Under the pieces are notes generated by a model. It searched no databases, was not told the origin of the DNA, and saw only the letters and a program-made list of their open reading frames with translations. A DNA stretch of 63,745 bases, filler included, from Licmophora abbreviata (Eukaryota): assembly GCA_900291995.1 (NCBI GenBank). It is 10 parts of 10 records of this genome, joined end to end, with 100 filler letters (N's around TTAATTAATTAA, not from the genome) between each part and the next. Parts side by side here need not be neighbours in the genome. Positions count along the whole stretch, not along the records: positions 1 to 9,950 come from OLMU01000171.1; positions 10,051 to 17,266 come from OLMU01000172.1; 8 more parts are not named here. The stretch is one strand, 5' to 3'. The position numbers and the translations under genes are program-made. Below are positions 1 through 12,928 of the stretch, in pieces (positions within the stretch are counted from its first letter, which is position 1; the number at the start of each line of letters is the position of its first letter).

Positions 1-31
1 ACTGAAACCATTGGCTTTGGAAAAGACTTCT

Positions 32-1615
32 TCAAGCTCGAATTGTTGACACATTAAGCGAAGACATGTCGACGCTGCCGTAGTCGACGACAGACGGAGC
101 ACGGCCGTGAACAGCATCATCCTTGATTCGGGCCAGGTACCGCATGCAACGTACGTAGGATGTGTACAAAAGACGATGCTTGCCGAACAAAGCCTTCATG
201 TCAGCTCCGACGGGAAGAGGAAGCGCCGCGCTTTTTTCGGCGTCGCTGTCGGTTTCGTCGCTGTCGAACTTGGCCTTGAAAGGCTCCATTACGCAGAGTG
301 TTCTCCACAACTCTTGCTGACACGTGAAGAGCGACGCCCACTGCTTGGACAGCGGCATAGTGAGAAACGAGTGCACCTGAGGGGGCTCAAGGAATGTCAC
401 CATATGAGCCATAGTGTCGGAGTTGAGAGAGAAGATGGGCGACTGTCCATTTAAGAGTTTTCCGGTCGAGTAGGGACCAGAAGAATGCGTCATCACTGGA
501 ATCTTTGAGACATGATTTCTACCTGCAAGTGCATGATGGCTGGTCTGGTACCTTCGTTGAGTGGCCTTCGTGACCTTGGAACCGAAGAGGCTAGAAAGCG
601 ACGACAGCTGGACTAGCGCGTTGGGTGTCCTCCTCTTCCGACCGCCAGGCGCCGAAGTACCTTCTAGGTGGCGCTTGGTGGGGTGCATCTGCGGCCCGTC
701 TTCGTAGGAACTCTCTCCGTTCACGTCAAAGAAGCCCGTACTCGAGCTGAAGTCTGCCAAGATGGAAGACGACGACCCTTCTGCGCCGCCGCGCTTGAAG
801 TTTCGTCTACTGGCGCCTGTGTTTGTGTAGTTGTACGGAACTGTGAAGCCAACCCTTCGTCCGGGAGCGTCCGATCCGTCCTCAGATGACGCCGACGGCG
901 AAGAACAAGACGCGTGCTGGTCTGAAGCGGACGCCGCATAGCCGCCGTCGCTCCCACTCCCAGACCAGCTTCCTCCCCCGCTCGAACCCTCTGAGCACGG
1001 AGATTTGTTCGACTGTCGAGGAATAGCCTTGACAAGGGGCTGATGCCTGGGTGGAGGTAGTTTTGCAACGACGGACGCATGAGATATGATTCTCTCGGCG
1101 CCATCATCGCGTGGGACAGGAAGACCGAGTGTGTCACTGCCGGGATGTCGAGTCATGGAATGACCATTGTATCCATATCCAAGAAAGGTCTGTCTCTCTT
1201 CCGCAACCTCGAGAGAAGCTCCAGCAGTAGTGCGGTGCTTTGCGTTCTCCCCAGACGAGCAGCGGTCTTCCCCGGACGAAGTGGAAGTAGACGCGGTGAC
1301 TAGAGGTACTCGTGATTCTAATCGTCCCGCTCTGTCCGCAAGATCGCTGCTCGAAGAATAGGGTGACGATTCCTCGCTTGTTCTTTTCATACCATCTGGT
1401 GCTCGGGCGGCTACTTTTCTTGCTCGCTGTTCCTCTCTCGCGATGTTTGCAAGCGACATCGATAGCTGATCAGCCCGCGACTCGCCTTGTCCCACTGGAG
1501 ACAGGCTCATTCGGCCACGCTTTCGATTTCTGCTTGATGCCGACCTTTCTGTGCACTGTTGCTGGTCCGTTTCCATTGCCTCGCCGTCGTTTTGATTGTT
1601 TTCTGAACGATTCAT
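32..1615 (-). CDS. Ser-rich low-complexity protein with an F-box-like domain (probably continues beyond the window start)
   Basis: 527-aa ORF; F-box-like segment IFSLNSDTMAHMVTFLEP...ELWRTLC after a long S/G-rich region; the stop lies only 31 nt from the window edge. Confidence 0.55.
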   Translation of the reverse strand: MNRSENNQNDGEAMETDQQQCTERSASSRNRKRGRMSLSPVGQGESRADQLSMSLANIAREEQRARKVAARAPDGMKRTSEESSPYSSSSDLADRAGRLESRVPLVTASTSTSSGEDRCSSGENAKHRTTAGASLEVAEERQTFLGYGYNGHSMTRHPGSDTLGLPVPRDDGAERIISHASVVAKLPPPRHQPLVKAIPRQSNKSPCSEGSSGGGSWSGSGSDGGYAASASDQHASCSSPSASSEDGSDAPGRRVGFTVPYNYTNTGASRRNFKRGGAEGSSSSILADFSSSTGFFDVNGESSYEDGPQMHPTKRHLEGTSAPGGRKRRTPNALVQLSSLSSLFGSKVTKATQRRYQTSHHALAGRNHVSKIPVMTHSSGPYSTGKLLNGQSPIFSLNSDTMAHMVTFLEPPQVHSFLTMPLSKQWASLFTCQQELWRTLCVMEPFKAKFDSDETDSDAEKSAALPLPVGADMKALFGKHRLLYTSYVRCMRYLARIKDDAVHGRAPSVVDYGSVDMSSLNVSTIRA

Positions 1616-2081
1616 TGTGCTTTCATTGTTATTTGTGTGAGTTGATGCTTTGTTGATTGATTTCTGGGATTGTTCTCCGGGCAGCGACGACTTTCATCTG
1701 TTGCGTTTTGACGTGAGCAGCTGTTCGCGCGCCTTTGCGAATCTGGAGTATTTTCTCTTACTTATGGCTCAGGGTGCACCTGACGTCGTCGTGTTTATTG
1801 ATGTTCTAAACATGACGCTAGCTTGTGCCGTCACTTAGTCTCCCAGACATTCACAGGACACTTGTGTGTACCATCGAGCACTGCTCAAACCCAAGTGTAG
1901 CGGTACTCCCCAACCAACACACAAAGAACCAGGATGTACCATGTATAAACTTAGCAGAGGTTTGGTTAACGCAAAGCTACTTAGTCTACTCAAGTCTCTC
2001 GCCACCCCGTCTCTAATGCCTTATGGTAGAGTTGAGAAACTATCTGTTTGGGTCGCCCGTGGCGTCCAAGTAAATGCCTCT

Positions 2082-3270
2082 CTAGTCTTCTTCCTCCACC
2101 GTCGGTTCAATGCAGAACTGAACTCCGCGAGAGCGTGTCAAACGGCCTTCATTGCGGTGTTCTTCCATCGTCTCATCAATCTTTTGGCGAAGGTTGTGTA
2201 AACTACCCTTGACACTGTCCCACGCTTCTTGAAAGAGCGGGTCGCAGCTGACTCCTGCGGCTCTGCGAGGCAGCGACGACTCGGTACGCTTGTAAATATA
2301 CCCCGTATGCCCTTCACTCGAGCCATGCATCGACGTTGGAGTCTGGGCAAGTAGCTCTACACCAAAGTGATACTTTTCAACGATGGTTTTAGGATTGTGG
2401 AAACAAATCAAGTATTCGGATGAGCTCCTGTTGAACATCTGCGACAAGTCTTCCCAGAGCTCCGGAGGGAATCTTGCACCGAAGGCAACCGAAGCACGTT
2501 AGAAGCAGCAAAGTAGCACGTGTACATGTCCTCGCACAGACGACGTCCACTTACCCTATACTAAACATGTAAACATGGGTGAATGGATCGAATGTCTTCG
2601 CACATTTGATATTCCCGTGGTCGAAGAAACAACGGTAACCAAGTTTCTCGTCATCCGACAAAGCCGTGCGGGATGTAGTTTGCTTGCCCGCAGCATCAAC
2701 AATGGCTTTTAGATTGCACATTCCCAACATCCAGCGGCTCCTCTCCATTTCGATACCATAGCTAAACTCTACCCCTGGGTCTTGGCTGACATGAAGACTC
2801 GGTTTTCCTAACCCACTTCCAACGTCAATGAAACGACTCGATGCGTCAAACCCCGTATGGATCCTCATGAGTTCCACCATTTTCTGCATGGATCCCATCG
2901 TGAGTTCACCATAAATGGCACCAAAAGATCCATTACCCCCGACGGAGCCCGAAATCTTACGAACTAGAGCGTAGGTGGTGCGAACATTGCTTGGGCTGGC
3001 AACACCCATGAACAGCTTTCGCTTTGACAACGGTTCGTTGGGTGTACTGGCGGCCATGGAGGCGACAGAGCTGTCGGTCGACGGAGTTACCACCCTTGCG
3101 AGAGCACGACCTAGCCAAGAGCCAGACGGCCTCGTTGGAGTCCCAACTTGCCCCTCAGAAAGGGCCACGCGCCCCTTTTTGGCTGGTTTCGCTGCCATTG
3201 AAACCGTGGTCGTCGTGGTGGGCGTGGTGACGACTGCCTTGCGCTTGCGAGTCGGCTTTGACGCTCCCAT
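2082..3270 (-). CDS. DOT1: DOT1-like histone H3K79 methyltransferase (2 exons)
   Basis: YGEL, FIDVGSGLGKP and GIEM motifs; GT-AG intron 2473-2554 joins MFSIG to FPPELWEDL in frame; start MGASKP at 3270. Confidence 0.8.
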
Positions 3271-3868
3271 CTTTCTAGAATCAGGAGTGATTTTCAACAC
3301 AGTAAGCCTATTGGTCGCGTGAGAGCTGGAGCGATGGGGACGAAAAAAGAGTCCCAACAATGAGAGCTAGTGATTGTGCTGTCTTCGTTGCCGCGGGAGT
3401 AAGGGCTTGGCATCATTGTCTTCGAAAGCACACGCGTTGGCCTCCGTGGATTTTTGGCGGGAACTCGCCATGCGAAAAAATTAGATGGATCCTGCGACAT
3501 TCGCGCGATCTCTTGGCGAGAGCATCATCGCCAAAAAAGCTCGCACCGTGTCGCCATCAAAATGCCTTGAGAATGATGATCTAGGTGAAAGTGTGACAGC
3601 GACGACGACCATACAGACACATCGTCCATTGGAAGCATGAGATCCACACCGAAGGAGGATAACCAGTCGTCGTTCAAAGTTCGATGAGTGTTTAAGAGTG
3701 AGTGAGTGAGTGAGTCTTCTTACAGGACGTCGTCGACGGAAGCGTCTTGTTTTAGTAGATTGGAGCTGCCGACATACCGTCCAACCGAGACCATCGAGTC
3801 AGACCCGCGATCCGCGCTTGTTGCCATTCTACTTTACTCGTGAGGATCACACAACGCGGCAACCCACC

Positions 3869-4270
3869 ATGGCGGATGAGACACTAGCCCAAGATACCGG
3901 TATGAAGGACCCGAGTGAGAAACAATCCGATGCGGATGGGCCACACGAAAAGCAGTCGAGAGATCACGAAGATTGTCCGCTCTTCATGGACGGTCTCCCT
4001 GCCAACTTCTCGTCAAACTCTGGCTTGGCTGCGATTGCGAATCTTCTCGAAGAAGACGAGGGGAACGCCGACAAGTCAAGCCCGACCAGCAAGGAACCAA
4101 AGACGATTGACTGTGAGACAGCGCCTCGCGCTGGCGGAGGGAAAGTGCAGCGTCGGTCGACTCGAGCTCGCCGACGAAACCAGCAGCCATATGATCGAGC
4201 AGATCGGCGAGGAAAGAAGGAGGCATCGATGGGAGAGGCTCAGCTCTTCCTCAAAATGTGGAAGCTATGA
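3869..4270 (+). CDS. Small hypothetical protein with a PLFM motif
   Basis: ATG in accATGg context at 3869; 133 aa; CPLFMDGLPANFSSNSGLAAIANLL; basic C-terminus. Confidence 0.6.
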   Translation: MADETLAQDTGMKDPSEKQSDADGPHEKQSRDHEDCPLFMDGLPANFSSNSGLAAIANLLEEDEGNADKSSPTSKEPKTIDCETAPRAGGGKVQRRSTRARRRNQQPYDRADRRGKKEASMGEAQLFLKMWKL

Positions 4271-4382
4271 ATTTGAAAGACGATGGAATGATAGACTATT
4301 GTAGACGCATCACTTAAAACTACACAGTAGGAGGAGTGCACCTCGTTGCTGTATGCCCACCCCGGGACGACCCACCATTCTC

Positions 4383-5471
4383 TCATATGTTGTTCACATC
4401 CATGCCACTTTCTCGACGCTGCTCTACTTCTCCTACCATTCTACCAAGATAGACTCCGCGGGTTCGCTGACCAACGCGCCCGTTCTTTTTTAGCACAATA
4501 CTGATACCATCCGCTTCAACGTCCACATCTTGTTTTCGAGCTTCTTCTGTCTCATCGTTGACTAAAGTTTTCCAGTTGTTCCCGTACGGGAGGGCAACGC
4601 AATCTGGAATAGGGTCTAGCACGGGGGCACTTCCCTGCGGGTACACAACAGGGACAATCACCAAATCGTTCGCAACGAGTGAGTCGTTCAGCGTCTCCGC
4701 ATCTTGTACGATCTCTCTCAGCTTGTCTTTTCCAGCCGTTGCGATAACAACTCGTTTCTCAACCCCGCGTCCTCTGCGAAGGGCTGAGAGCGTTGTTGTC
4801 ACCATACTCGAGTCGTTTCCATTATCTTCGCCTCCTAGCATTGTCTTGGAACCTCGAATGACTAGTTTCGCCAGTTCCGCCCCCTTGGTGGCTCTCTTGA
4901 GTCTCGATTCTTGTGCGTCCACATCTCTTTTGAACAAGAAACTCAAGACAACAAGTCCTACAGTGTCGACAATCGCATTTGTCACTCTCTCCTCCATCAA
5001 GTCGGCATTGACTCCTGACAAGGCCGCCGCTATCCGTGCAATGGATACCGCTAAACTGGTCGCAGCACCACCCGCGAGACTGGCGTAGACAAAGAATCGA
5101 ACCTAGAGAAGATACGAGAACGTTGATGATAAAGAAGTTAGTAAGCTTCGGTGGAAGTCATCAGTCATGTGGTCAGCGCTGCTTCGTATAACACGGCAGC
5201 AGACATGCTGGTCTTGCGAGCGCACCTTTCGAAAAGGAGATTCAGCTTCTTCTCGCAGTCGAACCTCGCGCGTGTACTCGGGACGTTCGTTCGACATGGA
5301 CAAGACGGTACAGTCATGCCTGCACGATCGACGTATCAGCGCAGATAATCGGTGGGGAAGGTTTGGTGGCTTGGTTTGGAAGGAAGTGCTGCCTGAAATC
5401 GCAGTCAGAAGTAGCAGCAAGCTTGCCGCAAGCCGCCTAGGCGCGACACGGTCGAGTCGTCTAGAATGCAT
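4383..5471 (-). CDS. LPA1: LPA1-like PSII assembly factor (DUF3493), plastid-targeted
   Basis: Signal peptide then TSF; RLREEAESPFRKVR-FFVY motif joined by intron 5103-5225; C-terminal LKKNGRVGQR. Confidence 0.8.
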
Positions 5472-5883
5472 CGTTGTCGTTCCGCGTATTTGTTTGGGCG
5501 GTTCTGTGATCCACGACGTTCTACAGAATAGAAAGGTGAGGGTTTCGTGCGGGTTGACGACAGTGGCCTGTTCAACGTCATGCCGACACGGTCAAGAAGG
5601 TGATTGTGGTGCCATGGTGGAGATTGTGGCGAGGTACTATACGGCGTGTCAGCGCGGTGTCAACTTAGTACCAGGGTAACTTCCTATCAGTGCGACTTCC
5701 AAGAAATAGAATGTGACTCTTTCCACAAAACATATAGGAACGATGGAGATTGCCTCGTCTCATTAATGTCGCGATGAGGTGGTGTGAAGTAATGATTGTT
5801 GACCATGAACATAAGCTTGAACGCGGACAATCCTGCTCTTCTTCTACTATATCTTGGATCTATCTTGTGCCAAGCAGCGCAGA

Positions 5884-7240
5884 ATGACTTCACGGGTGCT
5901 CGTCGTAGGATCAGGAGCTATAGGTATATCGAACATGCTGTATTTCGTAATCATCTTGGACTGGCTCCAATGATTGATGGTGATATGCGCTCTGACACAA
6001 GTTTGTTCTTCACCGCCCGCGTTGAACCTCTCTTCAGGTCTTCGGACAGCCTTGGACCTGCTTCGTCGCAATGTCCAGGTGATACTGCGCTCACCACGTC
6101 CGCCAACGGATCCGACAACCTGTTCCATGGGAGCTGGCGGACTTTGGATGCCTTACCATTGCGACGACCCTAGAACTGGAAGGTGGGCATTGGAAACTCT
6201 AGACGAACTGCTGCACTATACAACCAAACACGATTCTTTGGTAGAGATAGTCAATACTCTCCTGCTCAAACGCAACCACGAAGGACCCACGGTGGAAGAC
6301 TACGTCTCTTCAGGCTCGGCAGAGCAGAAAACGAAGACGCCATCACCGCTTCCCGAGTGGACCAAGGACCCACGACTTGACTTTCAGCACTTGACGGCCG
6401 AGATGTTGTCCTGGCAGAATCAGATTTACAAGCTTCGTATCCCATCGCAATCCGAACTGCTTCGTATGGGCTATCTGTACGCGTGGCACTTCAAGCCTCC
6501 TGTTGTCGACTCTCCTAAAATGCTTGAGGTATGCGACGATGATTGGCTACTGTGTTGCCTGAAAGATAGCTTGCTATAATGACCAAGTGTACTTCTCTTT
6601 TTCACAGTACATGCTGAAACAAGTCGAACATCACGAAAGAACAATAAGCGTTAATGTAGAGAGCGGACATTACTATGAGTCCGTGAAAGAGATGGTCGAT
6701 GACGCGACAATGTTGGAGTGCAACGCGGTGGTAAACTGCACTGGGCTGGGTGCATCGACGATCTGCAATGATGACTCTCTCATTGGGGCACGTGGTGTGC
6801 TTTTGCAATACGATCGATTGGCCACTAAGCGCTCGGCACTCACTCATGAGGCCACTGGCGACGAACTCGTTCATGACGCCGCCATTTTGACAGACGATGC
6901 GCCACTGGGAAGTGAATCTGAGCCGTGCTATCTAATTCCGCGCGGAAGCGTGCTCGCTGTCGGAGGGAGCTATCTTGAAGGTGACATGACTGCGGTAGTT
7001 CGTCCTGAGGAGCGAGAACGTCTCATACAGAACGCCAAGGCGTTTGGAATCGACGCCGATGCGACTCCGCACGAAGCAGAGTGGGTTGGGTATCGACCGT
7101 ATCGGCAGACCGTTCGCTGCGAAATAGACGATTCGTTTGAGAGTGTTAGGGTCGTTCACAACTACGGCCACGGCGGCAGTGGGTGGACTGTATTTGTCGG
7201 GGCTGCCGCAGAAGCTGTCCGTCTATTAGATCTCGACTAA
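5884..7240 (+). CDS. DAO: D-amino-acid oxidase / D-aspartate oxidase (3 exons)
   Basis: Exon 1 MTSRVLVVGSGAIG (FAD motif, missed by the ORF track); introns 5924-6037 and 6529-6607; VVNCTGLGA, GYRPYR, VHNYGHGGSGW. Confidence 0.9.
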
Positions 7241-7308
7241 CCCCAACATACAAAGAGACTGTCCAAAAACACGCGGCGTCTATAGTAGATCATTTAGCGG
7301 AAGGGCGA

Positions 7309-9719
7309 CTATTGCCAACCGCCTTGTCCACCCATGCCGGGCTGCTGAGGCTGGGACATACCGTTCATATTGTTCATGTACATGCCTCCGCCGCCTTGCA
7401 TGTTAGGATTCATCATGCCTCCGCCTCCCATTTGCTGCTGATTCATCATCATTTGCTGATTCATGCCCATGCCCGACATTCCGCCCTGCATATTTCCTTG
7501 CATTCCAGGATTCATCATGCCCGCGCCGCCCATCTGCTGCTGGTTCATCATCATCTGCCGTTGCTGCATCATCAACATTTGCTGTTGCGTCATGCCTCCT
7601 CCCATCTGGCCACCTCCAGTGCCCTGCTGCTGCATGCTGGTGTTCGGCATCGCGGCCTGCGGAGGTCCCATCATCGAAATTACGTCGGCGCCGCCGGCGG
7701 TCGCAGTGCCCAGCACTGGCGTTTGGCCATTGGGCATGCCCCCCAGAGGAGCACTACCTGCTTGCGAATTCGTTGGAGTTTGCGGGGTCAAGTCAATGGG
7801 CTTATTAAGGCCGTCGATTCCCGAAAAACTCATGCCAGAGTTCGGATTCTGGTGCATTCCGCCATGCTGTTGGTCCATGACGTACTGCGCTGCGGCTGGA
7901 GTCGCAATAACTGGTTCGTGTAGCTTGTCCGACTTCTTCTCGTTCTTCGACAGACCATCAAGAGAGATCAAACGACTCAAGGGGTCGGAGGACGCCGCCG
8001 TCGTGGTCGCTGCCTTTGTAGGTGACGATGCATCTTCAAAGTCGCCAAAGTCATCATCGCCGCCAGCCGGTGGGGCTATCACCTGCTGCTGCTGCGTTCC
8101 CATAGCTCCGTTCATCGCGGGCTGCTGTTGCATCGCCATGCCTCCGAATGCATTACTCATCGCTGTCATGTTTCCACCAGAAGCAAATGCATCAAACTGT
8201 GCAGTCTGAATTGGCTGCAGTGCAGGGGCGGGGGCAGTACCGAATGCATCAAACTGTGTATTGTTCGGCTCCGCCGGTGGTGGAATTGCTGCTGCTGGGG
8301 CGGACTGAAAAGCATCGAACGCATCGCCGTTTGCTGCTGGTTGCGCCGGTGCAGGGGCAGCCGGTGCATCGAATGAGAACAAGTCGACCTCTTTTCAAGA
8401 CGGACGACCAAGCGAAACAAAACGTAAGCAAGATGAAGGGATTGGCCATTCGACAACCTAAAGCATTTTGCACGCACCTGGAGCGACCGGAGCAGGAGCC
8501 TCCAACGTCGTGTCTTCCGCCTTCTTTTTCTTCTTGCTCTTCTTTTTGGTCTTTCTGGGTTTGTCCTCGGGCATGGTCGCAAAGGTGGGTGCAGCAGAAG
8601 GCGCGCCCCCGGCGCCGCCACGGCCAGAGGGTGTGTCGTGTCCATCCGAGTATCGTCCACTGTACCCTCCGCCCGAGTCGTCGCCGTATCCTCCTCCTCC
8701 TCCCCCAGAACGGAATCCTGACGATCCAATACCACTGTCACCATATCCTCCTCCTCGGCTGCCGCCTCCGCCACCACTTTCCCATCCGCCACCGTCGTTG
8801 CCGTATCCAGCATACTTGCTTCCACCACCGCCGCCACTGGAAACTCCACCGAGGTTTCCACCAAACTTTTCACGTAGTTGTTTCGCCTTGGTACGTTCCT
8901 CTCGAATGCGTTCATCGTCCGAGAGAATCTCAACCAATCGCTTGGACATTTCGCGCACTCCAGATCCACGATCGACGGTGCCCTCGTAATAGTTGAACTG
9001 GTGCAAGGAGCGGAGCGTGTGAGAGTGATTGCGAGCATCGTCGACGCAACGTTCAGAGCCGTTCTTGAGCAAGTGTTCGAGTAGAGTCAATCCTTTAAAG
9101 ACGACACGCCACGCCGCGGGACGCTGATTCTCCATGGCCTCCCACATGATCTTGACGACGATTGGGACTGCGAACGAGTGAGAGAGAGCGAGAGCATAGC
9201 GGCAGTCGAAGGGTGAGGGGTGGTCGTCGTGACGCAGAAAGTACATCAGGTCAGGTCATGTCATGTCAGTTCCATCGAGAGCTTACATTTGTCATAGTCG
9301 TAGGTATCGCGAGCAACCTCATTCATGAGCGTCGAAGAAGAGCCCCAGTTCTTGTGAGAAAGGACTTCGTAGACGCGCGCCTCTACCTCGCTTTTTGGCT
9401 TGACCTGGTTGATTCTGTAGCGTTTCAGTCGACCAGTGTCCAAGAGAGAAGCAAGGAGAGTGAGTAAGAGGCTTGATACGCAGAGAAAGACGCGACGGTA
9501 CCACACAAAACACTCTAGATTCGTCGCAGGAGCCATGCAATAAATCCAAACTTCGTCCTCGTAGAAGTCTACGGCTTTGCAGTACGAAATGCAAAGCAGA
9601 GAGCGATACCCAACGCCTTGTTCCAGTTTCGTTCGATTTTCCATCCTGCTTCGTATTACTTACGCATCTTCCGCCGCATTGCGAATCTTATCAATGCTTA
9701 GGTCCTTGATGAAGTCCAT
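7309..9719 (-). CDS. ENTH-domain epsin-related clathrin adaptor (epsinR/CLINT1-like), 4 exons
   Basis: ENTH motifs NWGSSSTLMNEVA, WRVVFKGLTLLEHLLKNGSE and DRGSGVR; DLF/DAF/DFGDF adaptor motifs; Met/Gln/Gly-rich tail; three GT-AG introns rebuild a continuous frame. Confidence 0.88.
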
Positions 9720-9950
9720 GGTCGTCTCGTCGTTCGTAAAACACAGAAGACGCGACGCTCTTGCTTTCCGGTACACTGGGGTGAAAAATTGAAAAAAGGA
9801 CGCGGCGCCACGTTCCAGCGTCCGGCTGGCGTACGATGAGATGACCCTGGACCGCGCGTTAGAATGACCCAAGACACTGCGCGGAAAAGCTCGTAAGAAA
9901 GATGAAGAGCTCGAAACGTTATCAGCTCGAAACAGCGCGACCATGGCACA

Positions 9951-10050
9951 NNNNNNNNNNNNNNNNNNNNNNNNNNNNNNNNNNNNNNNNNNNNTTAATT
10001 AATTAANNNNNNNNNNNNNNNNNNNNNNNNNNNNNNNNNNNNNNNNNNNN
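9951..10050. other. Artificial gap linker N44-TTAATTAATTAA-N44
   Basis: Fixed 100-nt spacer with a six-frame stop core; identical copies at 17267, 19121, 25730, 33258, 34731, 42550, 58337 and 61340. Confidence 0.97.
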
Positions 10051-10106
10051 CACATCGGCTCATCCTCATATTCAATATCATCGACGCTATAGTATGCCTG
10101 CCGTGC

Positions 10107-11778
10107 ATGCAAGAACGATTACAATTCGCAATGGATAAGGAAACAATGAGAAAACGGGGCTGGTCAATTCATTCGGATCAAACGAGAAGAGACGATGGCG
10201 ACGACGAGCCGGATTCACCTCAACATTTTAAGGACGACCTCAACGACGACGAAAAGAAAAGACTGCTCAACTCGTTTCCCGACGCTGAAGAGTCAGGCGA
10301 CGACTATACTATTGGAAGCCACAAAGGTGTATCAGTATTGGAGAAAACTAACGGTCATGGCGACGGCAAACACCAGGCTGGGGAGACTCATCGTGGTGTT
10401 GCGTATACCACAGCCAAGACCAAGCTATCCAAATGGGCGGCACGTCTCTTCGACCCAGATCGTCCGCGAGGAGTAGTTGAACCACCTCAAGTCATACCGC
10501 TCAATGATGAATTTCTAACTGCGTTTGGAAAACGAGAGAAAGCGTACGACGAGAAACTTGGTCGAACGATGGACCTCAACAGCACAATCGAGGATGAGGA
10601 CCTGACAAGAGATGACGCAGCTGTCGACTTGACATCTGCGCAAGCCACCAACGCCGCTGAGGAAGTGCGCAAAGTCAAAATTTCCAATTTGCTCTTTACC
10701 ATGTCCGCGGATGTCCTGCGTGCTGCGTGCGAGAGGTTCGGGCCGCTCGAGGAAGTCAATCTCATCATGGATCGCGACCAACCAGAGCGCAATACCGGAC
10801 GTGCCTACGTTACGTTTCAAACAGTAGACGGCGCTACAGCCTGTGTCGACAAACTTGAAACACTGGGAGGACGCCAACTACGAGTGTCACTGGCATCTGA
10901 CACACACAAGCGCTCCCGCAATTCCACTGGTGGTGCAGGCGGAGGTATGCTAGCGAGGTATTGGGACAAGGACATTAGTACCAAGTGTTTCCGTTGTGGA
11001 CAGGTCGGTCACATGGAAGCATCATGTCCCAACGAAGCCAAACCGAAGCCGTGTCCACTCTGCGCACAGACTGCGCACGACTTTCGCAGATGCGCCATAT
11101 CTCGTATATGCTTTCGTTGCGGTATACCTGGACACATCAATCGCGACTGCAACTACAAGTACAACTTGCCAAAGCGGATGGTGTGTAGTATTTGCTTTCG
11201 AAGTGGACATCATCACACCACATGCCAGGGACGAGCACAGGATGCGCCAAGTCAAGATGCCAAATGCATGGTGTGCCACGAACGGGGTCACTTTTTGTGT
11301 ACGGAAATGAAGTGGTTCTTCGGGCTGGAAGGCGTGAGCTGCTTCAACTGTGGACGGTCGGGTCATCATGGCTTTGATTGCAAACGGCCTACTGTCGATA
11401 TGTGTGGGCGAGATGAGGGACTTGCGGTGCGCGAAATTGAACGTGCTACAGCCGAATCTCTGTACGTTCTAGCTTTGTGTGCGTGCTATTGACTTTGGTC
11501 TCGTGTCGACGACTCGACTCTTATCGATGCGATTCCTAATAAATCGTTTTTCCAGAGCCGACGAAGTCAATAGGCAGCGTGAACAGCGAGGAAGAAACGA
11601 CAACCGCGATCATCAGCAAGATCGATCACGAGCAAAGAGTCAGGGCCCTGCTGCGTTGGGATACCGAGGTCGTGGTTACGCACCTTCTCAGGGCAACGAG
11701 AACAAAAACGATGTGGGCAAGCGAAAGTTCGATCCCTCGCGATGGTCTGACGATCGAAATCAGAAGCGAAGACGCTAG
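10107..11778 (+). CDS. RRM plus multiple CCHC zinc-knuckle RNA-binding protein (AIR1/ZCCHC7-like knuckle array)
   Basis: RRM (KVKISNL...TGRAYVTF); six CX2CX4HX4C-type knuckles; intron 11462-11555. Confidence 0.8.
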
Positions 11779-11843
11779 ATTGACTAATTGTTTGTCGGAC
11801 ACAGCTCTATTATATACGTAGTGTACACGCTCGCTCGCGACGC

Positions 11844-12928
11844 CTATTCAACAGACAGCATTTTAGATCGTGAGGCCTGTCTTGACACGCAGACGGGGCT
11901 GCTACGTTCTTCGGAAGAATTGGGCGTGTCGGTCATTGTTGCACTGCCATCTGTGCCATACGATTTGGTAGATGTCCAGCCGCAGCTCGACGAAGAGCCC
12001 TCCGAGGTCAAGTCACCCGAGGACACATCTAGCACCAAATCACTCAGAAATGCTTGAAGCTCCTCGACGTCTTCCTTCAGAATTCCAGCTGCCGTTTCAA
12101 TTGAACGGACAAATGCGCCTTGACTCTTGAGGGGAAGAAGCGTTCTATCCACCCCTTCCATGGCGTTCAAGATTGCGGCAAAGGCGACCGACGATTGGTT
12201 GCAGCACACAAAGGTATAGTCGGGGACAGCCAGTTCAGTCTGGTAACGAGCGTAGTCCAGAATAGCCAAACCCACCGAAGGAGGGACCGCTCCTGGCAAG
12301 AGAGCCATAAAGTGCTGAACGAACCCAAGTGTAGTAGGTCCACTGACTCTCCAATGTAGGGCATCCAGGATGTCGCGTTCCGTCTCCGCAATCTCAACGC
12401 TTGTGTAGCAACCTCTCGACAAGTCAGACAAAAGTGATGTCTCCATCTCGAGGGGCTCGTAGAGCTTGATGGACATGTACAGACAGACCATGGAGGCAAG
12501 CTGATAAACCTTGCGGTCCATGAGAGCTTCCTGACCCGACGATGTGGAAAGATACCGGTCCAAGAAGGTCATGCCAACGTGTACAGTCTCGCGTCGGAAC
12601 TTGCAGAAGTCAACGACCTGGTAGCACCATTCGCACATTTTGACACGGCAGTCTGCCAGAAAAGAGTTGGAGAGAAAAGGGTGTGAGAGGAAGGTGTAGC
12701 TACCATGCTACCATGCCACTCCGGGTAAGAATCCATTGACTTACCTTCATCGACGGGTCGCGCGGCGCTCATGCGGAGCTCTTCGTTTTCGGCCAGGTAG
12801 TCGGAACAGCGGTATGTCGTTTCTTCTTGCTGGCGCATGATTCTGAGGCGAGCATCGACTTCTTCCTCTTCCATTTGAAGGAGACTGGCGTCCGCGGATG
12901 TAGTTTCAAGGAGATCAAGGGACGGCAT
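11844..12928 (-). CDS. Diatom-specific-type cyclin (dsCYC family)
   Basis: Intron 12653-12744 gives DEDCRVKMCEWCYQVVDF; FLDRYLS, YQLASMVCLYMSIKLYEP, ERDILDALHWR. Confidence 0.88.

Noticed and set aside
7183..8996. Long plus-strand His- and Cys/Pro-rich ORFs
   Set aside because: Antisense shadows of the low-complexity epsin exons
9951..10050. Recurrent TTAATTAATTAA in N runs as a biological repeat or CRISPR-like array
   Set aside because: Fixed 100-nt artificial six-frame-stop gap linker
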